From NCBI GenBank assembly GCA_018651085.1, contig JABIEQ010000002.1, positions 12,777 through 76,776 on the forward strand: a DNA stretch of 64,000 bases, read 5' to 3'. Numbering within the stretch: position 1 is the first letter of the stretch; each line of letters begins with the position of its first letter. The position numbers and the translations under genes are program-made. The notes beneath the pieces are model-generated. The model was not told the origin of the DNA, did not search any database, and saw only the letters and a program-made list of their open reading frames with translations. This DNA comes from Candidatus Magasanikiibacteriota bacterium. Its GTDB lineage: Bacteria; Patescibacteriota; Patescibacteriia; Magasanikbacterales; UBA922. Positions 48,827 to 59,661 of this stretch are shown here, one piece after another.

Positions 48827-48911
48827 TTTATAAATCATACTATTTTTGTCTGTTGTTTTTTTGTCTTTTTTTGGTATGCTAGTGGTGAGTATTATTTATA
48901 TTTTTATCTTT

Positions 48912-50153
48912 ATGAAACGGTATTTTTATCTTTTATTCTGTGCATTTGGTTTTTTGGGTCTTTTTTTCGTACCTCCTTTTGTGTTTGCCGAAGAAGCTGT
49001 TGAAGTTCCTCAAGATAATGAAGTATTGATTTCTGTTTTTGTTCGAGACGATTGTGCTCATTGTATTGATGAAAAAGCGTTTTTAGCTGAATTTGTAAAA
49101 GATCATCCTGAAGTTGTTCTTGATTATCGTAATTTAGATGATGAAACTCAGCAGCAATTATTTTCTGACGTCGCTCAAAAACATTCTCTTATTAAGGGAA
49201 CTCCTATTACGATGGTGCAAAATACTTTGATTCAAGGGTTTGGTACAGCAGAAACAACGGGGGAGCTTATTCGTTCATTAGTTGAACGGGCTGATGGTGT
49301 GAATTTGCGTTTTGAAGAAGCACTTACTTCAGACAACGTTGAAGTGTCTTCAGGGTTTGTGCTTGATGGTTTATGTACGGAAGAATCTTGTGAGGTTGAA
49401 TCGTCTAGTTATTTGATCACCCTTCCTATTATAAGGAAGACCGTTGACGTTGGTTCGTTATCTTTAGCAACATTATCTTTAGTGCTTGGGTTGGTTGACG
49501 GATTTAACCCGTGTGCACTTTGGGTACTTATTATGTTTTTACTGATATTGTCTCAGTTAAAATCACGTAAGCGCATGCTTCAGTATGCTGGGTTATTTAT
49601 TTTGGCTGAAGCCGTCATGTATTATTTGATTTTAAATGTATGGTTTACGGCGTGGGATTTTATATCACTTAACAATATTGTCACACCACTTGTTGGGTTA
49701 TTGGCGTTAGGAAGTGGAATTTATTTTTTCTATAAATTTTTAACGTACACACCAACGTGTAGTGTTGCGAGTCTTGATCAACAACAAAAAATGACTGATA
49801 AGGTAAAATCTCTTGCATCAAAACCGATGACCATTGGTGTGGTGCTTGGTATTTTAGGTCTTGCCTTTTCTGTGAATATTTTTGAATTTGCGTGTTCTAT
49901 TGGTATTCCACAAACATTTACAAAGATTTTGGAACTTAATGGATTTACATGGCTTACTCGTCAATGGTACATGTTTTTATACATTTTAATGTATATGGTT
50001 GATGATGTTATTGTCTTTGGAATTGCATTGTATAGTATTAATAAGATTGGTGTTGTTCATAAGTATAGTAAATGGTCAACGCTTCTTGGAGCAATCTTGA
50101 TGCTTCTTCTTGGAGCAATTATGCTTTTCCGACCTGAACTTTTGATTTTGTAA
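48912..50153 (+). CDS. fusion of thioredoxin-like domain and CcdA/DsbD-type transmembrane electron transporter
   Basis: Signal peptide MKRYFYLLFCAFGFLGLFFVPPFVFA, CAHC thioredoxin motif, TM domain with conserved Cys pair (GFNPCALW ... FACSIG); start set at ATG giving a signal peptide (ORF track 48846 is TTG). Confidence 0.7.
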   Translation: MKRYFYLLFCAFGFLGLFFVPPFVFAEEAVEVPQDNEVLISVFVRDDCAHCIDEKAFLAEFVKDHPEVVLDYRNLDDETQQQLFSDVAQKHSLIKGTPITMVQNTLIQGFGTAETTGELIRSLVERADGVNLRFEEALTSDNVEVSSGFVLDGLCTEESCEVESSSYLITLPIIRKTVDVGSLSLATLSLVLGLVDGFNPCALWVLIMFLLILSQLKSRKRMLQYAGLFILAEAVMYYLILNVWFTAWDFISLNNIVTPLVGLLALGSGIYFFYKFLTYTPTCSVASLDQQQKMTDKVKSLASKPMTIGVVLGILGLAFSVNIFEFACSIGIPQTFTKILELNGFTWLTRQWYMFLYILMYMVDDVIVFGIALYSINKIGVVHKYSKWSTLLGAILMLLLGAIMLFRPELLIL

Positions 50154-50170
50154 AAAAAGATTTTAATAAA

Positions 50171-50199
50171 AAAATAATCCCGGTAAGGGATTATTTTTG
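50171..50199. terminator. bidirectional intrinsic terminator
   Basis: aaaaataatcccggtaagggattattttt. Confidence 0.65.
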
Positions 50200-50376
50200 T
50201 TATGCTGTTTGTTTCGCCATTGTTCTCATGCACCGTGTACAAACCTTTTCTTTTTTTCCATCAATCATCATTTTTTGAAGATTAGGCTTTTGTCGGCGAA
50301 GTGTTTTGTTCATTGCTTTTGATCGGTGAGCCGCTCGTATTGGCACCTTTCCGCAAGTGACGCATTGTCTAGACAT
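50200..50376 (-). CDS. rpmB: 50S ribosomal protein L28 (58 aa; below the ORF-track length cutoff)
   Basis: Minus-strand translation MSRQCVTCGKVPIRAAHRSKAMNKTLRRQKPNLQKMMIDGKKEKVCTRCMRTMAKQTA matches bL28 (MSRVCQVTGKRP..GNNRSHA.N.TKRRF.PNLQ); terminator at 3' end. Confidence 0.75.
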   Translation of the reverse strand: MSRQCVTCGKVPIRAAHRSKAMNKTLRRQKPNLQKMMIDGKKEKVCTRCMRTMAKQTA

Positions 50377-50467
50377 ATGTAGCTTGTTAGTTTTTTTGTT
50401 GTACGGTATACTTTTTTACGCGTGAGGCCACTATAGCTAACATTTCTTTTTTTGTCAAGATATATAT

Positions 50468-51088
50468 ATGTTTATAGATAAGATCTTTTTTGTCTTTGTT
50501 ATCATCTTTTCTGCGGTGATTCATGAATATGCCCATGGATGGATGGCATATCAGCTAGGGGACCCGACAGCAAAACGTGCTGGGAGGCTTACTATTAACC
50601 CAATTCCACATCTCGATATGTTTGGGTCGATCATTTTACCCCTTATTATGGTTATTTTACCTGGGGGATTCTTATTTGCTTATGCAAAGCCTGTCCCATA
50701 TAACCCCTATAATCTTAAGGATCAACGATGGGGTCCTGTGTGGGTAGCCATTGCTGGACCTATTTCTAATATCATTTTAGCACTTGTTTTTGGGGTTATT
50801 GCTCAAATTCTTACCGTTGCTTCTCCAATATATCCATTTTTACAGCTTATTGTCTTTGCAAACGTGATTTTGGCGGTCTTTAATATGGTCCCAATTCCAC
50901 CGCTTGATGGATCGAAGCTTCTTTTTGCGCTTTTACCAGATAGAGCACATCAATTAAAGGCGGCATTGCAGCAATATGGGCTTATGTTGCTGTTGCTTTT
51001 CATTTTTGTGGGGTATGCGCTTATTTTTCCTATTATTCAAGGGCTTACAATACTCTTTTTGGCTTGGTTAAGCCCTTTTATTTCATAA
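50468..51088 (+). CDS. site-2 protease-family (M50) membrane metalloprotease
   Basis: HEYAHG (HExxH) in first TM region, multiple TM helices; 206 aa. Confidence 0.65.
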   Translation: MFIDKIFFVFVIIFSAVIHEYAHGWMAYQLGDPTAKRAGRLTINPIPHLDMFGSIILPLIMVILPGGFLFAYAKPVPYNPYNLKDQRWGPVWVAIAGPISNIILALVFGVIAQILTVASPIYPFLQLIVFANVILAVFNMVPIPPLDGSKLLFALLPDRAHQLKAALQQYGLMLLLLFIFVGYALIFPIIQGLTILFLAWLSPFIS

Positions 51089-51230
51089 TCTTTTCCACAT
51101 TTTGCTTTGGTCATTGTCTTGACATTTATAAGGCGGTCCTATATACTCAGAGCACCTTAAATGAATCTTCATTTTTAGGAAAGAACGATATTTATTTCGT
51201 GGCTGAAATAATAAGAACGCACATACAGTT

Positions 51231-51650
51231 ATGCCTACAATGAATCAGGTTCTTCGTAAAGGAAGAACAAAGAAAACTAAAAAATCTTCTTCTCCTGCAT
51301 TGCAGTTTACTTATGATAGTTTGCATCGAAAGAAGAATACCCTAAGACGAGGGAGTCCCTTTAAACGTGGTGTATGTACAAAAGTATATACCGCAACTCC
51401 TCGTAAACCGAACTCTGCGCTTCGTAAAGTAGCAAAGGTTCGTCTTTCTAATGGATCAGAAGTGATTGCGTATATTCCAGGTGAAGGACATAACTTACAA
51501 GAGCATTCAATTGTTCTTATTCGTGGTGGACGTGTGAAAGATCTGTCTGGTGTTCGATATACTATTGTTCGTGGTGTATATGATACACAAGGTGTTGAAG
51601 GACGAAAACAGGGTCGCTCTAAGTACGGGACAAAACGCCCTAAGAATTAA
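51231..51650 (+). CDS. rpsL: 30S ribosomal protein S12
   Basis: Highly conserved S12 (PALQ...[26 protein letters not shown]). Confidence 0.95.
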   Translation: MPTMNQVLRKGRTKKTKKSSSPALQFTYDSLHRKKNTLRRGSPFKRGVCTKVYTATPRKPNSALRKVAKVRLSNGSEVIAYIPGEGHNLQEHSIVLIRGGRVKDLSGVRYTIVRGVYDTQGVEGRKQGRSKYGTKRPKN

Positions 51651-51653
51651 TAT

Positions 51654-52133
51654 ATGTCACGAGGAAAACAAGCCCCAAAACGTGCTATTGCACCGGATCC
51701 AATTTATAACAGTCAACTTCTTGCTAAGTTTATCAATTTTTTGATGCTTGATGGAAAAAAGAGTACTGCGCAACGGATCGTGTATAATGCACTTACTATT
51801 GTTAAAGAAAAAACTGGTGAAGAAGCACTTGCAACCTTTGAAAAAGCAATTGATATTGTTCGTCCACAAGTTGAGGTTCGATCTCGACGTGTTGGGGGAG
51901 CAAACTATCAAGTTCCTATGCCCGTGCAATCACGACGTCAACTTGCATTAACTTTTCGATGGTTAATTGCTGCGTCAAAAACACGAAAAGGAAAAAGTAT
52001 GGCACAAAAATTATCTGATGAGATTATCGATATCTTAGAAGGTGTTGGTGCAACGCTTAAAAAGAAGGAAGATGTGCAACGCATGGCTGAAGCGAATAAA
52101 GCGTTTGCTCACTTTGCTCGGTTTAGACGTTAA
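51654..52133 (+). CDS. rpsG: 30S ribosomal protein S7
   Basis: Conserved S7 blocks (ALTIVKEKTGEEAL..FEKAIDIVRPQVEVRSRRVGGANYQVP). Confidence 0.95.
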   Translation: MSRGKQAPKRAIAPDPIYNSQLLAKFINFLMLDGKKSTAQRIVYNALTIVKEKTGEEALATFEKAIDIVRPQVEVRSRRVGGANYQVPMPVQSRRQLALTFRWLIAASKTRKGKSMAQKLSDEIIDILEGVGATLKKKEDVQRMAEANKAFAHFARFRR

Positions 52134-52236
52134 TGCATATGGATACTGACGGTGTCACCTTATTTTGTTTATAGTTTTAAACCGCGCTAGGCATGGATAT
52201 GCTTTGTGCGGTTTGTTTTTTTCTTAACCTTTTATT

Positions 52237-54321
52237 ATGCCTAGACAATATTCTCTTGCAAAGACAAGAAACATCGGTATCATGGCGCACATTGATGCTG
52301 GAAAAACCACTGCTACTGAACGAATCTTATTTTATACTGGAAGTACCCATAAAATTGGTGAAACACATGATGGTGAATCACAAATGGATTGGATGGATCA
52401 AGAAAAGGAACGTGGTATTACTATTACAAGTGCTGCGACAACCTGTTTTTGGTTAGATAACCGAATTAATATTATTGACACACCTGGTCACGTTGACTTT
52501 ACTGTTGAAGTTGAACGATCACTTCGTGTGCTTGATGGTGCTGTTGCTGTGTTTGATGGATCACAAGGAGTTGAACCTCAATCTGAAACAGTATGGCGTC
52601 AAGCTGATAAATATGAGGTGCCTCGTGTTTGTTTTGTAAACAAAATGGATAAAACTGGGGCTGATTTTTATATGAGTCTAGACTCAATTCGAAATCGTTT
52701 GAGTAAAAAAGCATTTGCTATTCAACTTCCAATTGGACAAGAAGGAGATCATATTGGGATTGTTGATTTAGTTGCAAAAAAAGCCTATTCATTTACTGGA
52801 GAGATGGGGATTGAAGTGAATGAAATTGAGATTCCTGAAGATATGAAAGAAAGTGTTGATAAATATCGAGGAGAACTTCTTGATAAAGTTGCAGAGGCTG
52901 ACGATACTATCATGGAAAAATATCTTGCCGGAGAAGAATTAACTGTTGAAGAAATCAGATCAGCGTTACGTGTGTTAGTACTTGCTGGAGACATTTATCC
53001 TGTGATGTGTGGATCAGCGTTAGCAAATATTGGTGTACAAAAGGTGCTTGATGCTGTTATTGATTATCTTCCCTCACCTCTTGATGTTGGTGCTATTGAA
53101 GCCACTGATGCTGATGACCTTGAAAAGAAAGTGAAAATTAGTGCAAAGGATGATGCGCCATTTGTTGGAATTGCGTTTAAGATTGCGACTGATCCGTATG
53201 TTGGAAAACTTGTTTTTTTCCGTGTGTATCAAGGAATGTTGAGTTCTGGAAGTTATATTCTTAATACGCGTACTGGGAAACGAGAACGTATTGGGCGAAT
53301 TGTTCGATTACATGCTAATACGCGTGAAGAAGTACAAGACGTGTATGCGGGAGAAATTGCTGCTGCTATTGGACTTAAAGCAACGGTTACTGGAGATACT
53401 ATTTGTGACGAAAAGTTTCCTGTTGTATTAGAAAATATTACATTTCCAGAACCTGTTATTCACATTGCTATTGAGCCGAAGACCAAGCAAGATCAAGAAA
53501 AGATGGGAATGGCGCTTCAGAAACTTGCTGAAGAAGATCCAACATTTAGAATTAAGACAGATGAAGAAACGCTTCAAACTATTATTTCTGGAATGGGAGA
53601 ACTTCATCTTGATATTCTTGTTGATCGGATGAAACGTGAATTTGGAGTAGAAGCTAATATTGGTGCGCCACAAGTAGCATATAAAGAAACGATTAGACAA
53701 ACTGCTGAAGCGGAAGGAAAGTATGTAAAGCAATCTGGTGGGCGTGGACAATATGGTCATTGTTGGATTCGACTTGAACCTATTGATGCCGAAAATGATG
53801 AACTTGAATTTGTTGAAGAAATTAAAGGTGGAACTATTCCAAAAGAATATCTTCCAGCGATTAAAAAAGGTATTCGCGAAGCAATGGATAAAGGTGTTGT
53901 TGCTGGATATCAAATGGTTGGTGTTAAAGCAACGTGTTATGATGGGTCATACCATGATGTTGATTCATCTGAAATTGCGTTTAAAATGGCTGGAAGTATG
54001 GCGTTTGTGGCCGCTGTTAAGCAAGCACGTCCTGTTGTTCTTGAACCGATTATGAAAGTTGAAGTGACGACTCCAGAAGATCACATGGGAGACGTTATTG
54101 GTGATTTAAGCTCTAAGCGTGGACAAGTATCAGAAATGACAGAGCGTTCAGGTGTAAAAGTCATTAACGCCACTGTTCCATTGTCTTCAATGTTTGGATA
54201 TGTGAATAATCTTCGATCAATGACCCAGGGGCGTGCGAGTTATTCTATGGAATTCTCTCATTATGCTGAGTGTCCAAAGAATGTTGAGCAAGAAATTGTT
54301 GAAGGAAGAAAGAAGGCATAA
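52237..54321 (+). CDS. fusA: translation elongation factor G
   Basis: G-domain motifs [21 protein letters not shown]; 694 aa; str operon order rpsL-rpsG-fusA. Confidence 0.95.
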   Translation: MPRQYSLAKTRNIGIMAHIDAGKTTATERILFYTGSTHKIGETHDGESQMDWMDQEKERGITITSAATTCFWLDNRINIIDTPGHVDFTVEVERSLRVLDGAVAVFDGSQGVEPQSETVWRQADKYEVPRVCFVNKMDKTGADFYMSLDSIRNRLSKKAFAIQLPIGQEGDHIGIVDLVAKKAYSFTGEMGIEVNEIEIPEDMKESVDKYRGELLDKVAEADDTIMEKYLAGEELTVEEIRSALRVLVLAGDIYPVMCGSALANIGVQKVLDAVIDYLPSPLDVGAIEATDADDLEKKVKISAKDDAPFVGIAFKIATDPYVGKLVFFRVYQGMLSSGSYILNTRTGKRERIGRIVRLHANTREEVQDVYAGEIAAAIGLKATVTGDTICDEKFPVVLENITFPEPVIHIAIEPKTKQDQEKMGMALQKLAEEDPTFRIKTDEETLQTIISGMGELHLDILVDRMKREFGVEANIGAPQVAYKETIRQTAEAEGKYVKQSGGRGQYGHCWIRLEPIDAENDELEFVEEIKGGTIPKEYLPAIKKGIREAMDKGVVAGYQMVGVKATCYDGSYHDVDSSEIAFKMAGSMAFVAAVKQARPVVLEPIMKVEVTTPEDHMGDVIGDLSSKRGQVSEMTERSGVKVINATVPLSSMFGYVNNLRSMTQGRASYSMEFSHYAECPKNVEQEIVEGRKKA

Positions 54322-54339
54322 ATTTCTTTTTAACTGTGG

Positions 54340-54372
54340 ATAAAATACAGGCTATCATGCCTGTATTTTTTT
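54340..54372 (+). terminator. intrinsic terminator after fusA
   Basis: aaaatacaggctatcatgcctgtatttttttt. Confidence 0.7.
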
Positions 54373-54382
54373 TGGTATACTT

Positions 54383-57300
54383 ATGGGGTTATTTAATATT
54401 ACTACTATGTTTCGTAGGCATTCTTTTTCGTCGATAGAAAAGGTGGGAATTTATACGTTAGCCTTTTTATTTATTGGAATGGAACTTTGGGGAGCTTTTT
54501 TCTTACCATCTTCATTTCAGTCAGAAAATGTGTCTTCTCCTTTGTTTTATCCAGTTGTACAAGCCGCTACTGTAACCATTGATGTTACTACTTCGACTGA
54601 TGCGTATGACACTGGTGCTGGTGCTAATGGATCTTGTTCACTTCGAGAAGCTATCGGTAAAGCAAATGGTGATAATCTTCCTGATTGCCCTTATTCTGCT
54701 GAACCGGTGTCAGGGGACACTATACAAATTAATTTATCATCAGGTACGACATACAATCTTACTCGTGATGGAGCAGGGCTTGGGGATGATAATAATGATA
54801 GAGGAGATTTAGACATTGCTACGTCTACAGCTGTAACTATAGCTATCGCACCAACCGGAACAGCATATGCAACTATTGATGCGAGTGGTCTTGGTACACT
54901 TGAGCGTGTAATGCATATAGTGACAGACGGGCCATCTATATCTTTAGATAAAATGGTGATTACTTCAGGAGATACCAACGGAGCCTTTAGTGTTGGTGAA
55001 GGACGTGGTGCTGGTATTTATATTGCTAACGGAGACGTTACTATTAATAATAGTGTGGTGAAGTCAAATGACTCTGCATTTGATGGTGGGGGAATTTATG
55101 TAGAAAGCACAGGAACGTTAACACTTACGAGTACAACTCTTCATTCAAACACTGTAAGTGGTGCTGCTGGTGGGGATGCCTTTGGTGGAGGAATTTATAA
55201 CGATGGGACGGATCTTACTATTACAAGTAGTACTTTTACATCAAATGTTACGTCAAATACCACAGTTAATGATGGTCATGGTGGAGGATTATATACTTCT
55301 GGTGGAACGGTAACAATTACAAGTAGTACCTTTTCTTTAAATCAAGCTGCTAGAGAAAGTGAATCAGCTGATGGGGGAGCAGTATATCAAGGAGGAGGGA
55401 CTGTGACTATTACCGATAGTACTCTTTCTACAAATTCTTCGGGAGATGATGGAGGTGGATTGTATGTTGGTAGTGCAACAACAACTATCACGAATTCTAC
55501 GTTTACATTAAACACAGCCTCTACTACTCGTAGTGCCGCCGCCGGTGGTGGACTATATGGAACTGCGGGAATTGTGACTATTACTAGTAGTACGTTTAGT
55601 TATAATTACGCAGGGTCTAGTGGTGGTGGAACGAGGGTGGATAGTAGCTCTACAATTACGATTACAAGTAGTACATTTAAAGGAAATTCTGCACAAGCAA
55701 ATGGTGGAGGAGTGTATGTTGATACTGGAACAGCGACAATTACTGGTGGTCTTTATACACTGAACATGGCGACATCAAGTTCTCGTTCTGGTGGTGCGAT
55801 ATATAACGATACGAGTGCGATGACGATTACGAGTGCAACTATTCGAGGAAATGAAGCCGGAGCAAGTGGTGGAGGAATTCTTTCTTCAGGGACAACACTT
55901 ACACTTAGTGATTCAATAATTTCGTTTAATACTTCAACGGATGGTGGTGGAATTTATTCAGGAGGTACCACCTTTATTATGAGTGATAGTAGTATCACTT
56001 CTAATCTTGCTTCTTCTACAAATGCACAAGGGGGAGGATTATATTTAAATTCTGGTACGGTAACAATTACGAGTAGTACAATTAATACAAATCTTGCTGA
56101 CGATAATGGTGGAGGAATTTATATGGGGACTGCTTCTACTACTATTTCTGATACGACCATTACTTCTAATACTGCTTCTTCGACTCGTACGAATGCTTTT
56201 GGTGGGGGAATTGATAATTTTAATGGACTTCTTTTGATGACAAGTAGTACGATTAGTTCTAACACTGCTGGTGGAGATGGTGGAGGAATTTATAATAGTG
56301 CTACAACAACTTTAGCGAATGTCACTATTAGTTCAAATACTGCGAATGATGATGGTGGTGGGGTATTTAATAATGCTGATACGACAAGTTTCAGTCATGT
56401 TACTGTTGTATTAAATAGTGCTGCTAGTGATGCTGCTGGCCTGTGGGTTCAATCTGATAATGTTACTCTTGTTAATACGTTATTTGCTACAAATACGTTG
56501 TCTAATGGAAATTTAGAAAACTGTCAGGTGAATGGTGGAAGTTTGACGTCTAGTGGAAATAATTTAGAGGCGTCTACGAGTACTTTGTATAGTTGTAATT
56601 TAACGGAAACATCTGATGTTACTACTACTGTGGCAATTGCTACTATTTTAAACACGACCCTTGCTTTGAATGGTGGAAAGACGATGAATCATGCACTTGT
56701 GACGAGTAGTCCTGCTATTGATGTTGGTGGGTTTCCATCATTTGGTTCTGATCAACGAGGAACATTGCGACCACAAGGAGCAATGCCTGATATTGGATCA
56801 TATGAATTTGTGCCTTTAGATCAAGGGGTGACAGTTTCTCAATCAGCTATTAGTGTGAGTGAAGGAAGTGGTGCTAGTACATATACTCTTGTCTTAGATG
56901 TTGTTCCTCGTGCTGACGTTGATGTGACGGTTGCTGGTTCCTCGGGCGATATTTCTATTAGTCCGTCCTCTCTTACTTTTTCTACTTCAACATGGAATGT
57001 TCCGCAGACAGTGAGTGTGACTGCTGTTGATGATTCGACTGTGGAGAGTACTGAAAGTGCAACAGTTACTCATACGGCATCTACTACGGATAGTGCGTAT
57101 GCTACAGCTGGTATTTCATCTGTTACTGTTACTATTACTGATAATGATACTAATTCAAGCGGTGGTGGAAGCGTTATTGTGCATAAAATCCCATCTTTTT
57201 CTTCTGATACGCCAATTCAAATTAATGGTGGTGCTCTTACTGTAGATGATACTGCTGTTATTCTTTCTTTTGATGTGGCTACTTCTCCTGATGTTATTCA

Positions 57301-58144
57301 AATGGCTGTTGAAAATGGCCAAGGAATATCTTCATCTGACTTTGTACCCTACACTAAAACGATGGCGTGGGAATTAAGTCCTGGAAATGGAAAGAAACAA
57401 GTGTGTGCTCGTTTTAGAACAGCACAAGGAGCTGTTCGTGATGCGTGTACGTCTATTGAATTAGTTGGTCAGGAATTTAATGCTCCTTCTGAAATAACAT
57501 GTGCGGTTTCTTCTGGTAATGCATATAAACATCCTGATGCATTACGTAAAGATGTGTGGTATGTCTTTCCTGGTGTGAATGGTGAACAATGTACGAAGCG
57601 GGCTTTTTCTGGGGCATATATTTTCTTTACGTACTTCTCTGATTGGAGTCAGGTTGTGTTAGATAAAGAAATTGATGTGGTAAAAGAAGATACTCTTATG
57701 TTTATGCCATATGGTCCATTGTTACCTCGGCAGTATGGAGCGCTTGTAAAGACCACAGATAACGCCGATGTGTATTTATTAGTTGGTGATCAATCATATA
57801 CGTTTGATTCTCTTTCTACTCTTCGTACACTTGGATACAATACGTCTTACATCATTGATGTTGATGGACGGGTCCTTGATCAATATACGTATCTTGGAGA
57901 CATTGATTATATTGATCATCATCCGACATATGCTTTGATTAAGTATCAAGGTGCTTCTACCGTGTATTATGTTGATGAAAAGGATAATGTACAGGTTCGT
58001 CGTGAAGTTGATAGTTTAGAGACCCTTCGCGCACTTGGTCTTCGTACTGATCTTGATATTATACGAAATGTTGCGTTGTTTTCTCCAACAGATGCGTACG
58101 TGATCTATCCTGATGGAGATGCATTTACCTTGAATGACATATAG
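54383..58144 (+). CDS. giant surface protein with polymorphic-membrane-protein (Pmp)-type beta-helix repeats and C-terminal Ig/Calx-beta-like domains
   Basis: 1253 aa; N-terminal TM/signal; more than 15 tandem repeats carrying GG[GA][IVL]Y and F[TS]xN motifs; Thr/Ser-rich; C-terminal VTAVDDSTVE-type beta-sandwich segments. Confidence 0.7.
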   Translation: MGLFNITTMFRRHSFSSIEKVGIYTLAFLFIGMELWGAFFLPSSFQSENVSSPLFYPVVQAATVTIDVTTSTDAYDTGAGANGSCSLREAIGKANGDNLPDCPYSAEPVSGDTIQINLSSGTTYNLTRDGAGLGDDNNDRGDLDIATSTAVTIAIAPTGTAYATIDASGLGTLERVMHIVTDGPSISLDKMVITSGDTNGAFSVGEGRGAGIYIANGDVTINNSVVKSNDSAFDGGGIYVESTGTLTLTSTTLHSNTVSGAAGGDAFGGGIYNDGTDLTITSSTFTSNVTSNTTVNDGHGGGLYTSGGTVTITSSTFSLNQAARESESADGGAVYQGGGTVTITDSTLSTNSSGDDGGGLYVGSATTTITNSTFTLNTASTTRSAAAGGGLYGTAGIVTITSSTFSYNYAGSSGGGTRVDSSSTITITSSTFKGNSAQANGGGVYVDTGTATITGGLYTLNMATSSSRSGGAIYNDTSAMTITSATIRGNEAGASGGGILSSGTTLTLSDSIISFNTSTDGGGIYSGGTTFIMSDSSITSNLASSTNAQGGGLYLNSGTVTITSSTINTNLADDNGGGIYMGTASTTISDTTITSNTASSTRTNAFGGGIDNFNGLLLMTSSTISSNTAGGDGGGIYNSATTTLANVTISSNTANDDGGGVFNNADTTSFSHVTVVLNSAASDAAGLWVQSDNVTLVNTLFATNTLSNGNLENCQVNGGSLTSSGNNLEASTSTLYSCNLTETSDVTTTVAIATILNTTLALNGGKTMNHALVTSSPAIDVGGFPSFGSDQRGTLRPQGAMPDIGSYEFVPLDQGVTVSQSAISVSEGSGASTYTLVLDVVPRADVDVTVAGSSGDISISPSSLTFSTSTWNVPQTVSVTAVDDSTVESTESATVTHTASTTDSAYATAGISSVTVTITDNDTNSSGGGSVIVHKIPSFSSDTPIQINGGALTVDDTAVILSFDVATSPDVIQMAVENGQGISSSDFVPYTKTMAWELSPGNGKKQVCARFRTAQGAVRDACTSIELVGQEFNAPSEITCAVSSGNAYKHPDALRKDVWYVFPGVNGEQCTKRAFSGAYIFFTYFSDWSQVVLDKEIDVVKEDTLMFMPYGPLLPRQYGALVKTTDNADVYLLVGDQSYTFDSLSTLRTLGYNTSYIIDVDGRVLDQYTYLGDIDYIDHHPTYALIKYQGASTVYYVDEKDNVQVRREVDSLETLRALGLRTDLDIIRNVALFSPTDAYVIYPDGDAFTLNDI

Positions 58145-58245
58145 TCTGTTGTATTGACAATATCTCTTTTTTTTGGTAAAGTAATCATATCAAAAGTAGC
58201 GTTATTATAACGCTGCTTTTTTATTACTTAATTTTGTATTTTTAT

Positions 58246-59580
58246 ATGTCAGACGTTGCAAAGGCAATTCAGCACATTTGTGATGAAAAAGGACTCGAAT
58301 ATGATGTCGTGCTTGAGGCTATCCAAACTGCTCTAGGAGCAGCATATCGTAAAGATTTTGGAAGTCGCCAAGGAAATTATAAGGTGAAGTTTAGTGTAGA
58401 AACAGGGGATATTCAAGTGTGGGATGTGAAGGAAGTTGTTGACGATGTTGATGAAGAACAATTAGAAAAAGATCAAGAAGAACTTACTCGTCGTCGTGAA
58501 GCAGCACAAACAGAAGGACGTGATCTAACTGATGAAGAAGTTGAAGATTTGGTTCGCTTTAATCCGAAAATGCAAATCATGATGAGTGAAGTAAAAGCAA
58601 TTAAAAAAGATGCTGTGATTGGTGAAATTCTTGAAATTGAACAAGAGGTACCAGGAGAATTTGGTCGCATGGCTGCGCAAACAGCAAAACAAGTTGTAAT
58701 TCAAAAACTTCGTGAAGCAGAAAGAAATAGTGTTTACGATGATTTCAAACATCAAGAAGGACAAATTGTGTCTGGTATTGTTCAACGACGAGATCGATCG
58801 GGATCTATTATTGTTGATCTTGGAAAAATTACAGGAATTGTTGGACAAGATGATCAAGTAAAAGGAGAACGATATAGACCAGGTGAACGAATGCAGTTTT
58901 TTGTTATTTCTGTTGAGATGGGAAGCCGTGGACCTCAAATCATGCTTTCTCGTACTCGTAAAGATATGGTTCGTGTTGTTTTTGAACAAGAAATTCCTGA
59001 AATTGGTTCAGGTGAAGTGGTGATTAAAGATATTTCTCGAGAACCAGGGCAACGGTCAAAAGTCGCTGTGTGGACTGATGATGGTTCTATTGATCCAATT
59101 GGATCGTGTATTGGTCAACGAGGAAGTCGTATTACTACTATTATTGAAGAACTTGGTGGAGAAAAAATTGATATTATTCAATATAGTGATAATGCTGAAG
59201 AATTTATCAAACATGCATTGTCACCTGCTAAAATTATACGGGTGGAATTGAATGAAGAGACTAAAGATGCAATTGCTTTTGTTGCTGAAGATCAATTTTC
59301 ACTTGCAATTGGACGGAATGGACAAAATGTTCGTTTAGCTGCTGAACTTACTGGATGGAAAATTAAAGTTCAACAAGATGGTACTGATACTGTTGTTTCA
59401 AGTGAAGACGAAGCCGAAAATGCCGAGGCTTCTGTTTCTACAGAATCTTCAACAGAAGAAGAATCTGAAAAGGAAGAAGTAACAGAAGAACCAAAAGCAA
59501 AAAAAGAAGAACTAAAAGAAGAAGACACTGTTATTGAACCTTCTACTGACGAAAAAACTGATACAAAGGATGCATCATAA
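58246..59580 (+). CDS. nusA: transcription termination/antitermination factor NusA with acidic C-terminal tail
   Basis: N-terminal domain, S1 and two KH domains (GSCIGQRGSRI, AIGRNGQNVRLA); ORF-track 58234 is TTG, ATG at 58246. Confidence 0.85.
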   Translation: MSDVAKAIQHICDEKGLEYDVVLEAIQTALGAAYRKDFGSRQGNYKVKFSVETGDIQVWDVKEVVDDVDEEQLEKDQEELTRRREAAQTEGRDLTDEEVEDLVRFNPKMQIMMSEVKAIKKDAVIGEILEIEQEVPGEFGRMAAQTAKQVVIQKLREAERNSVYDDFKHQEGQIVSGIVQRRDRSGSIIVDLGKITGIVGQDDQVKGERYRPGERMQFFVISVEMGSRGPQIMLSRTRKDMVRVVFEQEIPEIGSGEVVIKDISREPGQRSKVAVWTDDGSIDPIGSCIGQRGSRITTIIEELGGEKIDIIQYSDNAEEFIKHALSPAKIIRVELNEETKDAIAFVAEDQFSLAIGRNGQNVRLAAELTGWKIKVQQDGTDTVVSSEDEAENAEASVSTESSTEEESEKEEVTEEPKAKKEELKEEDTVIEPSTDEKTDTKDAS

Positions 59581-59661
59581 GATATAAAGGAATTATTTTT
59601 TCTTTAGGATTGAGTGTTCTTTTTTCCCGTGCTATACTTTTTACGTTTACTATTATTTTTT

